Assembly (NCBI GenBank): GCA_977862235.1
Contig: OZ374566.1
Coordinates: 124,001-188,000 of the forward strand
Length of the DNA stretch: 64,000 nt
Direction of reading: 5' to 3'
DNA from: Dudresnaya verticillata
Lineage: Eukaryota
Shown: piece by piece, positions 11,416 through 22,510 of the stretch
Layout: each line of letters opens with the position of its first letter
Position numbering within the stretch: position 1 is the stretch's first letter
Notes under the pieces: generated by a model
What the model saw: the letters and a program-made list of their open reading frames with translations, nothing else
Database searches by the model: none
What the model was told of the DNA's origin: nothing
Program-made: the position numbers and the translations under genes

Positions 11416-13566
11416 GGTGTATATCCAATGTTCGCAGAACGCCTTCGCCGCAGTATAAGCCGTTACCGGTTTCAATGGTATCGCTCGAGTAAGCTTTGAG
11501 AAGCGGTCTGTCATCACGAGCAGATACTCGTTGCCCTTGCTCGATCGAGGTAGCGGTCCTAGGATATCAATCCCCACGAACTCCAACGGCATGGTAGCCG
11601 GAAACAACTTCATATGAGAAGCGTTTTGTCGTAACTGAACACGTTCCTGTGCACATTTCACGCAGTTTCGAACTGTCGCATATACTGCGAGAGCCATACC
11701 AGGCCAGAATACTTTTTGGCGCAAATTATGATACATCCTTGTCCCACCGGGGTGACCGGCCATCTCCGGGTAGTGCGCGAGAGGCAGGACCCGTTCTTGA
11801 AGGACTCTAGGTATCACTACCTGTAGTGTCTTGTCTATATAAGACCGTCGGACTATCAACCCTCGTTCATCTTCAAGATAGCAGCCTGGCCTTCCGGATT
11901 CAATGGCGAGTTTGATACCCCTACAGAATTGATCGGTTCGCTGAGGGCGAAGAATTTCCTCCACGGTGAGCAGCGAAAGACTCTTTTCGTCCACTTCTTT
12001 CTCAGCCACGTTGGTTATTAATTGTTCATCCTCGAGTAGCGATTCGACTGAATCGTCCTCGGGTTCCACCTCCCAGACCTCCAAAGGTCGGGGCGGGACA
12101 TCCGTTCGCGAATCTCTCTCAGCCGAAAGGTCACGAAGGTCAGCCCGATCACTGTCAGCGATTACAAAGCAAGGAATCTCCAGATCTGGTTCCCAACTAG
12201 TAAAACCATAAGTAGGTAATCGAGAAACGGCATCAGCTATCTGGTTCTTCTTTCCCTTACGGTATTGAACCGTGAAGTCGTATTCGAGGAGTCGCAAGCG
12301 CCAACGCGCTAATCGCCCGGATGCATCCGTCATACTCATCATCCACTTGAGCGCCTGGTGGTCGGTGTACAAGTCAAAATGAGACCTTTCTAAATATGGT
12401 CGGAGCATTTGGGTGGCCCAGACCACCGCGAGGCATTCCTTCTCGCCGACGGAGTAATTCCGCTCTGCCTGGGTCAGGCCTCGGCTCCAAAACCCGATAG
12501 GGTGACGTGTTCCATCTGGTTCCATCTGCATAAGGGCACACCCTATCTGATAGTCGCAAGCATCGGTATCCACCGATAGAGGTCTATCTTCTTTCGGGAG
12601 TCGGAGAATTGGTGGCGCTATTAGCGCATTTTTCAATAACTCGAACGCTTCGCGTTGTTTTTCATCAAACAGAGGTAGTTCGAATCTCACATCATTCTGA
12701 AGAACTCTATTAAGCGGTGATGCGACTCGTGCGAAGTTCAGCACAAAGCGTCTGTAGACGTTACATAACCCGATGAACGATCGTAGTTGAGTCTGAGTCT
12801 TAGGTTCCTTGAAGCCTTCGATGGCTTGGGTATTCTTCGTAGCTACTTCCAGTAGTCCAGGCCTGATCACGTGGCCAAGGTAATCCACACTCTTCGTGAA
12901 GAAGTTGCACTTCTTGAGCTTGAGCGATACTCCCGCTTCTTTCAATACTGAGAGTATTTCTTGAACATGACTTAAGTGTTCGTCGACACTCTTTGCGAAG
13001 ATTATGATATCATCCAAGTAGACGAGACAGGATTTCCATCGGTAACCCGATAATAGGATATCAACGGTTCTCTGAAAGGTCGCCGGCGCTTTGCACAATC
13101 CGAATGGCATTCGGCAGAACTGGAAGCAACCTGCATGACAGGTAAACGCTGTTTTGGCCTTATCTTCCGTTGCTACGGGTATTTTCCAGTAGCCCGAATT
13201 ACAATCGAGAGTTGTAAAGTACTGGGCGTCGCCCAATGAGTCTAAGCACTCATCCATTCGAGGTAGAGGATATGAATCCTTAATTGTGATCGCATTCAGT
13301 TTCCTGTAATCGACACAGAAACGGAGAGATCCGTCAGGCTTCTTAACCAGCACTACTGGGCTTGCAAACGCCGAGCGCGCAGGCTCTATGACTCCTTCCT
13401 TGAGCATCTTATCGACTTCGTCTTGTTCCGCTTGTCGCGCTTTTGGTCCTGACCGATATGGTTGGGCAAATACGGGTTTGGAACCGTCAGTGAGCTCGAT
13501 GCGATGCTCTGTGACTTTGATGGTCCCGAGCTTTCCGCTCCACATGTCCGTGAACGGTCGTATCAT
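11416..13566 (-). pseudogene. pol: pol: reverse transcriptase, RNase H and integrase N-terminal part
   Basis: RT motifs KKPDGSLRFCVDYRKLN, MPFGL and VYLDD; RNase H motifs TDAC, EKECLA and TDH; integrase HHCC (AH..GH..CVKC) and GIDILG. Confidence 0.95.
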
Positions 13567-13645
13567 TTTTCGGACGCGACGTCTGTCAGACGCAGAGAGG
13601 TGTTCCAGTGTCAGGTCGTCAACCGTTAGGTTTTCGATAGCGGTT

Positions 13646-14740
13646 TTAACGCCTGGCTTCGAGTCGGCAACGCCTAGAGCAGCAGCTAGCCCTGCCCCCT
13701 ACATCGAAGGATGTTTCTGACTTAGGACTCGAGTCTTTCGACGTCGGGACTGGGGTGTCAGGGACATTGTCGATGGAAACCGAATAAACCGGCGTGGCCG
13801 TGGGAGCGGGGACAGCTCGACCAATTACTTGGTTTTTGCTTAGTCGCTGCACACGAGATGAAAAGTTGGCGATCTTTACGCGGAAAAGAACGTTCTCTTG
13901 AAGCGTGACGATTCCGTTCGTGACGACCACTTGTTGACGGTCATACAGCCGTTGAAAAGAATCCAGGAAGTGAAGTCCTTTAGCCGCACACGTGACGGCG
14001 ACCCAGGTTTCCGCACCGGGTTTCAAATTAGTAGTTAGGGCAACTCTGACGAGTCGCGAGTTAGGTAGAGGAGGTACCGCCATAGGTTCTCCAGAGCTTT
14101 CAGCTCGCGGGAATCCGCAGCGGCGGCGTAGAATCGGGTGCACCGAGTCGTCTCGAAGGACGACATGTTGCTTGCGCACTCGTAACCCGTCGACGTGGGT
14201 ATCGATATAGGTACACCCCAAAATCATATCCACGGCTAAAGCCTTGACTACGACGAACGGTTGACGAACCGTATAGGTCCCAATCCTGACAGCCAGGGAG
14301 ATCATCCCCAAGGTAGTTAAGCGGTGGCTTGATGCTGAAGTTAAGTTAACGATCGAGCGGTTCGTTGAAATCTTCTTTCTGTCTTTCAAAGATAGCACAT
14401 CTGCTCTGATGAGGTTAGGGCCCGCGCCCGTGTCCAGTACTGAGAGGACTTGAGTTAAATGTTCAACAGAGGTCCCACCGGATGCGACAACTTTATAGTT
14501 GTATCGCGAGAGAGAACAGATTGGGTCCTTAACATACTCATGATACTTAGACCCGGAGGGTAAGCCCACGGGGCGTGCTAATATCTTCTTTGGAAGAAGA
14601 GGCGGAAGTTTCGGTGACACCGATCGGTCGGTTGAGGAAGCGCTTCGGAAGTCACATTCCTTCGAACGATCGGGGGGTTCCGATATGACTGATACGACCG
14701 GAGTCGCCCAGTGAACCGAAACCGGTTCCCCCCTAGCTAG
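13646..14740 (-). pseudogene. Retroviral-type aspartic protease region of pol
   Basis: VLDTGAGPNLI...DMILGC. The frame is open from 14740, which is the -1 frame relative to gag. Confidence 0.85.
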
Positions 14741-14746
14741 TTTTTC
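14671..14746 (-). promoter_or_regulatory. Gag-pol -1 ribosomal frameshift signal
   Basis: G AAA AAC lies directly before the gag TAG and pol is in the -1 frame. Downstream structure: hairpins GAACCG/CGGTTC and GCGAC/GTCGT enclosed by GGGGGG/CCCCCC. Confidence 0.65.
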
Positions 14747-16308
14747 GGCCTACTAGCAGGAGACCGCGGTAGCGGTGGAGGCGGCGGAAGGGTTCGCGAC
14801 CCTGGTCTTGGCGAGCGTGGCGCCGTCGGTTGCTGTCGTGGCGCGTCCACTGGGTGGTTCAACCCTCCTTGAAATTGGTCGTGGGTATTTCTACCGGGGG
14901 CCGGCCCCAAATTTTGGGGAGGCCCATTAGATGGTCCTGTTCCGCGTCCTGACGATGCATAATCGTGATGCTCCGTGCGGGTGTTCCCGTTTGCAAATTC
15001 GGGCAGGCGTCCGATGGTGGCTAACCATGCCTTTTGTTCGCGAGACAGTTGGTAAAACTGCTGGCGTTTTAAAGCTTCAAATGACGGTTCATCAGTACGA
15101 GCCAAATATGGACAATTAGGCTTTTTATGACCTACGCCAAGACACTCAAAGCAGATGTCGTTTGGCATGTCCTCGACAGTCACCCATCCAGGACGTTGAG
15201 TCCTCGTAGGTTGTGCCCATGCAGGTAGCCTGTTATTGTAGTTCTGAAGAACGGCGTCGACTTCTCCGTAGTACAGCCGGTCGCTTGGCACACCAGACCC
15301 CGTGTCTGATTGGGTTACTGTAGAGGGTGGCGCTTCGCTGTCAATGGCTGCTACGACAGCGTCTTCACTGTCCGCGTTAGAGCTAGTGCTCTTTGAGGTG
15401 TCCGAATCCGAGGACCGTTGAGTCCTATTTTGACGAATGAGGGGGGCGCGTCCTGACTTGTGAGTCTTCACCCGAGCAAGGGGTTTGTGAGATAGCGCTG
15501 ATCTCGCTTTCCGAAGACGTCCGCCACCCGCTAGGGCGCGGTGGGAATCTCCTTGCGCTGTCGCCAGCTCCACATAATCCGCCAATCGCGCAGAGCGAGG
15601 ATCCAAAGCCGCCGTGCTCAAGAGTGGTTTGACCGCTGGTAGTAATCCACGTATAAAACGAGTTATCAAGTCCTGTTCGGAGTGAACTCCAGCGACCTTT
15701 CGCGCCTTGTCTTGCAGACGTCTAGAAAACGAAACTTCATCCTCGGTCGACTCTTGAGTCATCATATCCATTTCTGAAGAAATCTTCTCGATGTATACAT
15801 CCTTGGCGTAGGTACGCAGAAGATAATTGATGGCTTCCGGCCATTCGTTGAATCCGCCGTTATCGTCTCCGGCTGCATCAAAGTTCGCCTCGAACATGTC
15901 CTTTGCATCCTTTTCAAGGAACTTGGGTATGCCCAGGATGGCCGCACCTTCACTCACTTGAGCTTGATCAAGCTGTCGCTTTAAGGTGGCTAGAAAGCCA
16001 ATAATAGCAACAGGGTCACTCCCATCGAATCTTCGACTCCTCAACACGGATTTAATCCGTTTAATCTTCTTCGATGTGGCTTCGGTCACCTCGGGTCCTC
16101 GATATGAATCGACGTTCAGCAACCGATATCTCCGATATGAAAGGAACTGGGTAAAAGCAGGGTTTCGCGGAGTTAACTCCTTGATTCCCGCTCGTCGGGG
16201 TCCTCGCCAGGAACTCCAAGAAGGTCTGGAGAGACCTCTAGACGTCGGTTCGTCCTCCTCCGATTGCATCGGGGTAGGGTGCAAACGGCTTTGATGTTGT
16301 TCATCCAA
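14737..16308 (-). CDS. gag: Ty3/Gypsy gag (capsid plus CCHC zinc knuckle)
   Basis: Capsid-like region SYRRYRL...FDGSDPVAIIGFL and zinc knuckle CFECLGVGHKKPNC (CX2CX4HX4C). The true start is uncertain. Confidence 0.85.
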   Translation of the reverse strand: MDEQHQSRLHPTPMQSEEDEPTSRGLSRPSWSSWRGPRRAGIKELTPRNPAFTQFLSYRRYRLLNVDSYRGPEVTEATSKKIKRIKSVLRSRRFDGSDPVAIIGFLATLKRQLDQAQVSEGAAILGIPKFLEKDAKDMFEANFDAAGDDNGGFNEWPEAINYLLRTYAKDVYIEKISSEMDMMTQESTEDEVSFSRRLQDKARKVAGVHSEQDLITRFIRGLLPAVKPLLSTAALDPRSARLADYVELATAQGDSHRALAGGGRLRKARSALSHKPLARVKTHKSGRAPLIRQNRTQRSSDSDTSKSTSSNADSEDAVVAAIDSEAPPSTVTQSDTGSGVPSDRLYYGEVDAVLQNYNNRLPAWAQPTRTQRPGWVTVEDMPNDICFECLGVGHKKPNCPYLARTDEPSFEALKRQQFYQLSREQKAWLATIGRLPEFANGNTRTEHHDYASSGRGTGPSNGPPQNLGPAPGRNTHDQFQGGLNHPVDAPRQQPTAPRSPRPGSRTLPPPPPLPRSPASRPKN

Positions 16309-16454
16309 CCTATGGCTAGAGAGCCGGTCTTGTCGGGAGTCCTTTGGATTGTGGCATCCGTTTGATCCGTGAGCTGTCCGGCAATCACACCGGCGGTGTT
16401 CAGACCTCCCACGACCAAAGTCGTCGTTAACCTCCTCGCAAGTCTTGAAAAATG

Positions 16455-17573
16455 CGGGTCGGACTGTACCTTCCTCCTGTAGTCCGTCTTGGCCTGCCCT
16501 GCGAGAATGTTTTCAATATTGACGACGGCTACACGCTCCGGGACACCCCACTGTGTGACACAGTTCATGAATGTCCCGTAAATATCCTCCCAATTCTCTC
16601 CGTCGTCCCCACCAAACTTGTCCGCCCGGTCTTTGAAACTGGTGGCCAGCTTGCTGAGGATGGCGATGGCATGGGTCGACACGCCTCTCGGACCACCTTG
16701 CTGGTCGAAGATGGGCTGGGAATGCGTGCCCTGTCAGTTAGGTGAAGGGTGCTGAGACGTACCGTGACGCTGCGCCTGAGCGTTGCGACGGTGCAAGGGA
16801 ATGAATGGCTGGTCCATGTCTTGAGCACGCTCACGGGGAGTATCGATCCCGTACTGCCCTTGACGGTATGGAGCGAAGCGAGGATGGTGGTCTGCGTTCC
16901 CTGATTCTGCCGATTCAGCGCTCCCAAATGTCCTGGTTCTTACCGGCGGTTACCCGCTGTTTGCATTCTGACTCCCATGAGAGGGTAAGTGATCCGAACT
17001 TCCGGCGTCTGACTCGTCTCGATGCCTCTCACTTGCTGCCGGACCGCCCCTTACAAAGCCAGTGCGGCGCGATGATACCGTTTTTATCCCCTCTTCGACG
17101 ACTTCACGTGCAAGGTCGAGGGCATCTTGGCGGGATTGCTCATCACCATAGAAAGCTGCCAGTGCACGCTTTATTTGTAAGCCCCTTCGCTTCTCAATGG
17201 CCGCACCCCGCGCGTACAGGAGATCCCTGAGTTCCTTGTACATCAGCGGAGCATTGGCTCCATTGATAACCTCGCGCGAGAAGAGAGTTTCTGGGGGGAG
17301 TAATTCTGTAAAAACGTCCCGTATTTCTTGCCCTTGTTGTTCCTGGTCGATGGCGTTCTTCATCCACTTGCATACATACGCTTGCTTCTCACATGAAGTA
17401 TCAGGCCTCCAGTCCACGCTTTCTACCGTGCGAAACGGTAGCGGGGAGCTAGGCCCGGGTACTTTCTCGTTCACGTCTCCAAGTGGGTTGCTGTCCAGCT
17501 GTGCCGCCCCCGAATTGCGAGCCGGCGTGCTGTCGACTTGCTCGTCCCATGCGCGATCTTCACCCGACGACAT
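16455..17573 (-). pseudogene. 5' fragment of a second, unrelated gag
   Basis: ORFs 16950..17573 (RDLLYARGAAIEK) and the 5' part of 16173..16682 (KFGGDDGENWEDIYGTF...LAGQAKTDY) resemble a retrotransposon gag capsid start. Interrupted by stops and a frameshift; similarity ends near 16460. Confidence 0.55.
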
Positions 17574-17667
17574 CTGCTTGGTCTACAGTCCAAGGAGCGT
17601 CAGCTGACGATGCCGGAATGCGGTCGGACTGAATCTCCCAATAGGCCGAAAGCAGACACGCCGCAAA

Positions 17668-18029
17668 TGTGATGCACCGATCGTTGGGGAGGTAGGAAGT
17701 TCTCTTCTAAGCTAGGAGGGGTTGTGTTAACATAAAAACGATTTTACTTTGTCGCGATGCCCTCTCTCTTCGTTCGCACACTGCAGACGCCTCTTGCGTT
17801 GCAGTGCAGAACAACTGAGAAGATAAAACAAACGCGTGACTAAAAACAAACCAGTAGAGCTACGAGCGCCGGCTTGCTGATATACTATTTGTCCAGCCCG
17901 GCCCCACCTGGGGCTTGCAGCGCCGCTGCATTCATCAGTTCCGTTCGCGCCCTTTGGTCGCGTGTGCGTCCAACACAAAATCAGTACAAAAACGTACCTT
18001 GATTATCCCGTGAGCCCCCTCGCGTGACA
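17668..18029 (-). mobile_element. LTR-like segment upstream of the second gag (boundaries uncertain)
   Basis: Minus strand reads TGTCACG...CATCACA (alternative ends TGTTGG...CCAACG or TTAACA), with a TATA-like AGTATAT and AGTAAA. It marks the edge of the TE block. No canonical TGG PBS and no partner LTR were seen. Confidence 0.4.
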
Positions 18030-18466
18030 GTGCGCGCTCTCCCTTCAACTGCACGTCGTGGTGGTTTTCGTGCCCTTTCGAACCCCACTGGTCCTCGCGT
18101 ACTGTTCCCTGTGCCCCGTGGGGTCCCCTCGATCGGGCAGCCCTATGGGGCTGCGGTCAACAACAGAGGTCGTGGGATCGAGTCCCGCGGGTGCGTGCAC
18201 ATCCGAAGCTGGACAGTAGTCTACAGTGGGCACCGGAAAGGTGAATTGGAGCTTTCCTCGGGAGGCGCGTGATCTCGGAAGGTGTTGAGCCAAAGACATC
18301 CTCTGGTTATGGAGACCAATCAAAAGGCACTTTCTTGTTAAAGATATTTGGAGCTTGTGCATTTCCCTTAAAAGAGCTTTCTAGGTCTAATGTAATAATA
18401 ATATTCATCAAGATACGATAATCTGGATCGATGCTTCTCTGACAAGTAGCAAGAGCTGATTATTGC

Positions 18467-19405
18467 TCACATATTCTGCGGAGTGGCTAACTCAAACATT
18501 TCCTTCAAGTCCTTATAGTTCAGACTACTGTCTAACTTCCAGCAGTCTTTAACATGTTTGCGGAACTGCTCGTTAGTCGCACTAATTCGTTCAGTATGGG
18601 CTGAGACGGAAGGAGCCTCATTTGTAGCTTGATCCTCAGAAGAGGACCCTTCAGAGCTAGTTGCGTCAGACAACGACTCTCGTTTGCACAATAACCCTTC
18701 GACCAGGTTGGCCACATTTTGCATATCGTTCCATACTGACATCTTGAAACGCCTATTCATGTCATATTCTGTATTCGTTCCTGTTTCAGCTTCAGCATCG
18801 ACTACAATGTTGCGAAAGTTTCTTGATATTCCGAAATCGATGAGAAAAACGGTGTCCTTCAGATTTGCTCTGCCAAAAACAATGTTGCTCTCATAGAGGT
18901 CCATATGAACTACACCACATTTGTGGATAAATTGCAAGACACCGAGAATCTGAACGACGACGTCGCAGATTTTCGAGTCACTGATACTTTCTGGTTTCAA
19001 TGACTGCAGAGATGGGCCAAGTAGATCAAGGGTGAAAAACGCAAACGAATTGTGCTTTCCACATTCCTGCACATCTGGAATACCCTAACATTCACCTTTT
19101 CCTTTAAGGTACTGGTAAACATCGAACTCATCCTCAATGTTTTCGTTATATGCTATTTCTAGTGCAAACTTGATAGCAATTTATTCTCGACCAGCTTCAC
19201 CGGAATTTGCATTTGCAACGAGCGTGGCAGCAAATACTTCTCCGAAGCCACCCTTGCCGAGACAACGCACAATCTTATACTGGGAGACCACCTCTCCTAT
19301 CATATTGGGTAGACTGTTCTCCTGTGCCGGAATCACCAAAGGATGTAAATGTTTTCCTGCAGGTGACATTGGGCGTTTTGGTCTTTCAGCGCTGGGGTGG
19401 CTCAA
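18467..19405 (-). pseudogene. Casein kinase 1-like Ser/Thr kinase pseudogene
   Basis: LGKGGFGEV, IAIKF, DLLGPSL, VVHMDLYESN and LIDFG lie in one frame broken by TAA (19181) and TAG (19085). The C-lobe is degenerate. Confidence 0.85.
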
Positions 19406-21580
19406 GTCTACAGATCGTAAGAGTACAGCAATTAGAAACTAGGCGGGGAGAGTCATCTTAGCGGTTACTACACTTTTCTTATAAGGCTTTAACGTTTTTG
19501 TATGCAGAATCCTTGGGCGAATTCGAAAGGTTCCAGTTTGGTGAGCAAGACGGTGTTCGTGGCAATTTATCGATTGCGTTGCCAGGCGTGTTTAGACCAT
19601 AGTGCGCTTTTTCGTGCGGGTGTCCAGAAAAATTTTACATCTGCGGGCCGTGCTCTTGGTCTGGGTGACGTAGCAGAATTTCATATGCAGCATCAGCCAG
19701 AAGAGCTCAACAAGCCTCAACACATGCACATACCAACTTCTGCAGCGCGGGCCTTGGAATTTTAGAGTGGCTCAGAAGAACAAGTAGGTCATGACTGTCT
19801 GATGAGCCCTTGACAGCTGTTTTCATTACGTCGCAATGAAGTGGTTTAGTAAACTGTTTGTTTTAACCGCTAGCAAATACTGTAGGAGAAGGGTATCGAT
19901 AATATACTCAGTATGGAACGAATTGCAAAATGAGCACGAGCATTTCCAATGTGTGATGCCAAACTGTATTGGCATTTTGAGAAATGAAGCAACTATGTAA
20001 TGAGGAGACTGCAGCAACGAAAGGCCACGCCATTTTGACAAAGGTGGACTGCTAGCTCCTCGTTGCGCATGCTCTGTCTGAATTTCAGACCAACCAGGTA
20101 TGAAAGGGCAGCAGTTGCAGCACAGACAGAATGACACTGACGAGCAGCTATGGACCTAATATATGTAATTGTATCACATTAGCGATGCCGCGCTTTCTGA
20201 TGCCCACGCAACCAGGAGAGAACCATGGTCGAAGACCTGGTCTTGCTTGACGTCAGCTTGCGTACTGCCGTATGTCACACGCTGAACTTCAAAGGCTCGA
20301 AGTGAGCAGCAAAACTGTAAACCAGGCGATATGGTCGGTGGCCTCCATACGGATAAGTGGGAGACGAGTGGGTCTGGAAGAGTGAACCGAACGGATTGGG
20401 CTCGATAATAGATGAGATGGGCGAGTGTTACACACGAGGAAGGTGCAGAGAGCGCCACCATGATTGATCGGTGCGAGGGGGTGCACGGTGGTTACTTTGT
20501 GTCCCGATCGGATTTGGGGATATGTCCCAGACCGATCAAAAAGGCTTCCATCGTTTTGGAACGGTGCCTGCATTTTTTGCAGCAAGTCGTGGCCGGCTCA
20601 AACCCCGCATCGTCGAAAGCAGACGCACGAGCAACTCAAGGCGTAGCCACGCGCAGCCGTTGTCGGGCCCCAGAGTCTATCTTGGATGTATGTACCATCT
20701 CCGCCATACCCTGGGTATATACTTACATACGTATAGCGGAGATGGTACATACATAACTGATAAGCGGGCTCTGGCACTCCAGCACAACAGTCATATGTTG
20801 ACCGCGTATGATACCCATCGGGTGGCGCAAATACAACGAAGATTTGTTTCTGCTAGCTTGAATGCCATGAAGGGCCTATGCCGCACTCTCCGAATGTTCG
20901 AGTAGGTACAGTATGTGTGGTAGAATGCGTCTTTAACGTGCGTCACGTTCGGACAGTGGCGCAGGTGATGCCAGAAGCAAGACCTATTTCGTCTATTACG
21001 ACATCGGAAGCCGTCTCCCATGGTTGTTACGCATCATCCTACGCTCGTACCTCTTGCATGCAACCCTAATTTGTATGCTAATCAAACTGTCTGAAATGGT
21101 TAGCCACCACTAGTTACAGCTTCTCCATGATTACGTCATGGCACCACAGGGTTGAGACCACGGAGGGGCTGGTATGATGTCACATGATGAACATGAAGAA
21201 TATAAAGTAGACGCGCAGTTCGTAACTATTATTAGTATGTAGACTATTCGCCCAGTCCGGAAGCTGAACATCAAACATTTTACATTGCACATGATACGCG
21301 ACTAAGCAAAGATATCAATACGTCAAGATCGAGTTACCTCCCTGACTGTTTTATCCATGCGCGGTAAACTCGTAACCGTTTCCCTTATGGAAGTCAAACA
21401 TAAAACATATTCAGAGTATTATTTCAATGCTGCGGAACATCTGCACACGCCATTGCGCGTGCTCCACATACAAGCACAAAAAACTGCCATCCTACTGCAG
21501 TTCCGGTAACTCAAGACAGCAGAAGCATTTAGTAATTGAAAATCATCCTACAAGCCATCAATTTCGAGAGAAAGCCGAGT

Positions 21581-22510
21581 TTATCTCGATCCGAAGATCT
21601 GAACTCCCTTGCCACTCTCGAACTCTGCTCCCTGATCCTTCAGCCACGAGACGTAATCTACAACATCCGTATTCACTCCAGGGAAACCAGCCCGAGCACA
21701 CCCCCTCCCGAACGACACAACTCCCACGAGGACAGCCTTACCACTCGAGCTGAATTGGAACAGTGGCCCTCCAGAGTCACCTTGGCATGCGTCACAGCCC
21801 GCAGCCCCGGCACAGATCATGGTATCCGCGAGAGAGTTGAAGTAGGCCCATCGACAAATAGCCTTCGGAACTACCGGCAAGTCCACACTCCGCAGGACTG
21901 CATCAGAAGAGGTAGCTCCTTCCTGAGTCACTCCATATCCCGCTGCCTTGACGTATGACCGTTCAGCAGGAAGCGTACTATCATCGTTCACTTGTGCGAA
22001 TAAAGTGCCGGCTGGGGCGTCCTCGGCGAGCTGCAAAACCGCAATATCGTTTTCCTCGCGAGTGGGAGTGCCGTAGCGCGGATGAGAATACACAGCCTGA
22101 ATGGCACGTGGCATTCCGGTGTTGGCAACCCTTCCACCGAGCACAACAATCCAGTCTGTAGTAACCCTGCAGTGAGCCGCAGTGACCACCCACCTCTTGT
22201 TGATGACGGACCCAGAGCAGCGGAAGCGGCCTTGCCCATCGAAGAGGGCGACGAGATAAGGACCGATCTCAGGAGTAGCGGATCCACCGACGATTCGGGG
22301 AATGGGGAGAACGACTGGGCAGGACGGAAGTGGTCTAGAGGGTGAGGGAGTCCTGGAGGGTGCTGGTGAGGCGGAGACAGAAGGCTTCGGGGTCTTCGAA
22401 GGGGCTGGAGTGACGACCGGGGCTTTCCTGGATGGCACGGGAGAGGTCCAGACATGGTTAGGGTGGGCGCTTGCCAGGGCCAAAACGGCGAAGAGAATGA
22501 GAAACTTCAT
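21581..22510 (-). CDS. Secreted trypsin-like serine protease (S1A)
   Basis: Signal peptide, Pro/Ser/Thr linker, R|IVGG activation site, TAAHC, DIAVL and DACQGDSGGP. The triad is intact and the S1 pocket has Asp. Confidence 0.95.
   Translation of the reverse strand: MKFLILFAVLALASAHPNHVWTSPVPSRKAPVVTPAPSKTPKPSVSASPAPSRTPSPSRPLPSCPVVLPIPRIVGGSATPEIGPYLVALFDGQGRFRCSGSVINKRWVVTAAHCRVTTDWIVVLGGRVANTGMPRAIQAVYSHPRYGTPTREENDIAVLQLAEDAPAGTLFAQVNDDSTLPAERSYVKAAGYGVTQEGATSSDAVLRSVDLPVVPKAICRWAYFNSLADTMICAGAAGCDACQGDSGGPLFQFSSSGKAVLVGVVSFGRGCARAGFPGVNTDVVDYVSWLKDQGAEFESGKGVQIFGSR

Larger units (their letters stand above)
9370..16308 (-). mobile_element. Ty3/Gypsy chromodomain-bearing LTR retrotransposon, internal region (degenerate)
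   Basis: Domain order is gag-PR-RT-RNase H-INT-chromodomain. It is disrupted by frameshifts near 13700 and 10120 and by a solo LTR in the integrase. No matching LTR pair was found in the window. Confidence 0.95.

Noticed and set aside
17573..17656. Hammerhead-ribozyme-like core on the plus strand (CTGACGA...GAAA with a 6-bp stem III)
   Set aside because: Stem I does not pair and the stem II closing pair is T-C. The complementarity is better explained by the minus-strand leader/AUG duplex.
18160..18195. tRNA T-arm/B-box-like GTGGGATCGAGTCCCGC
   Set aside because: No D-arm/A-box or acceptor stem could be built; at most a SINE or tRNA remnant.
20586..20612. B-box-like GGCTCAAACCCC
   Set aside because: No cloverleaf and only a weak match.
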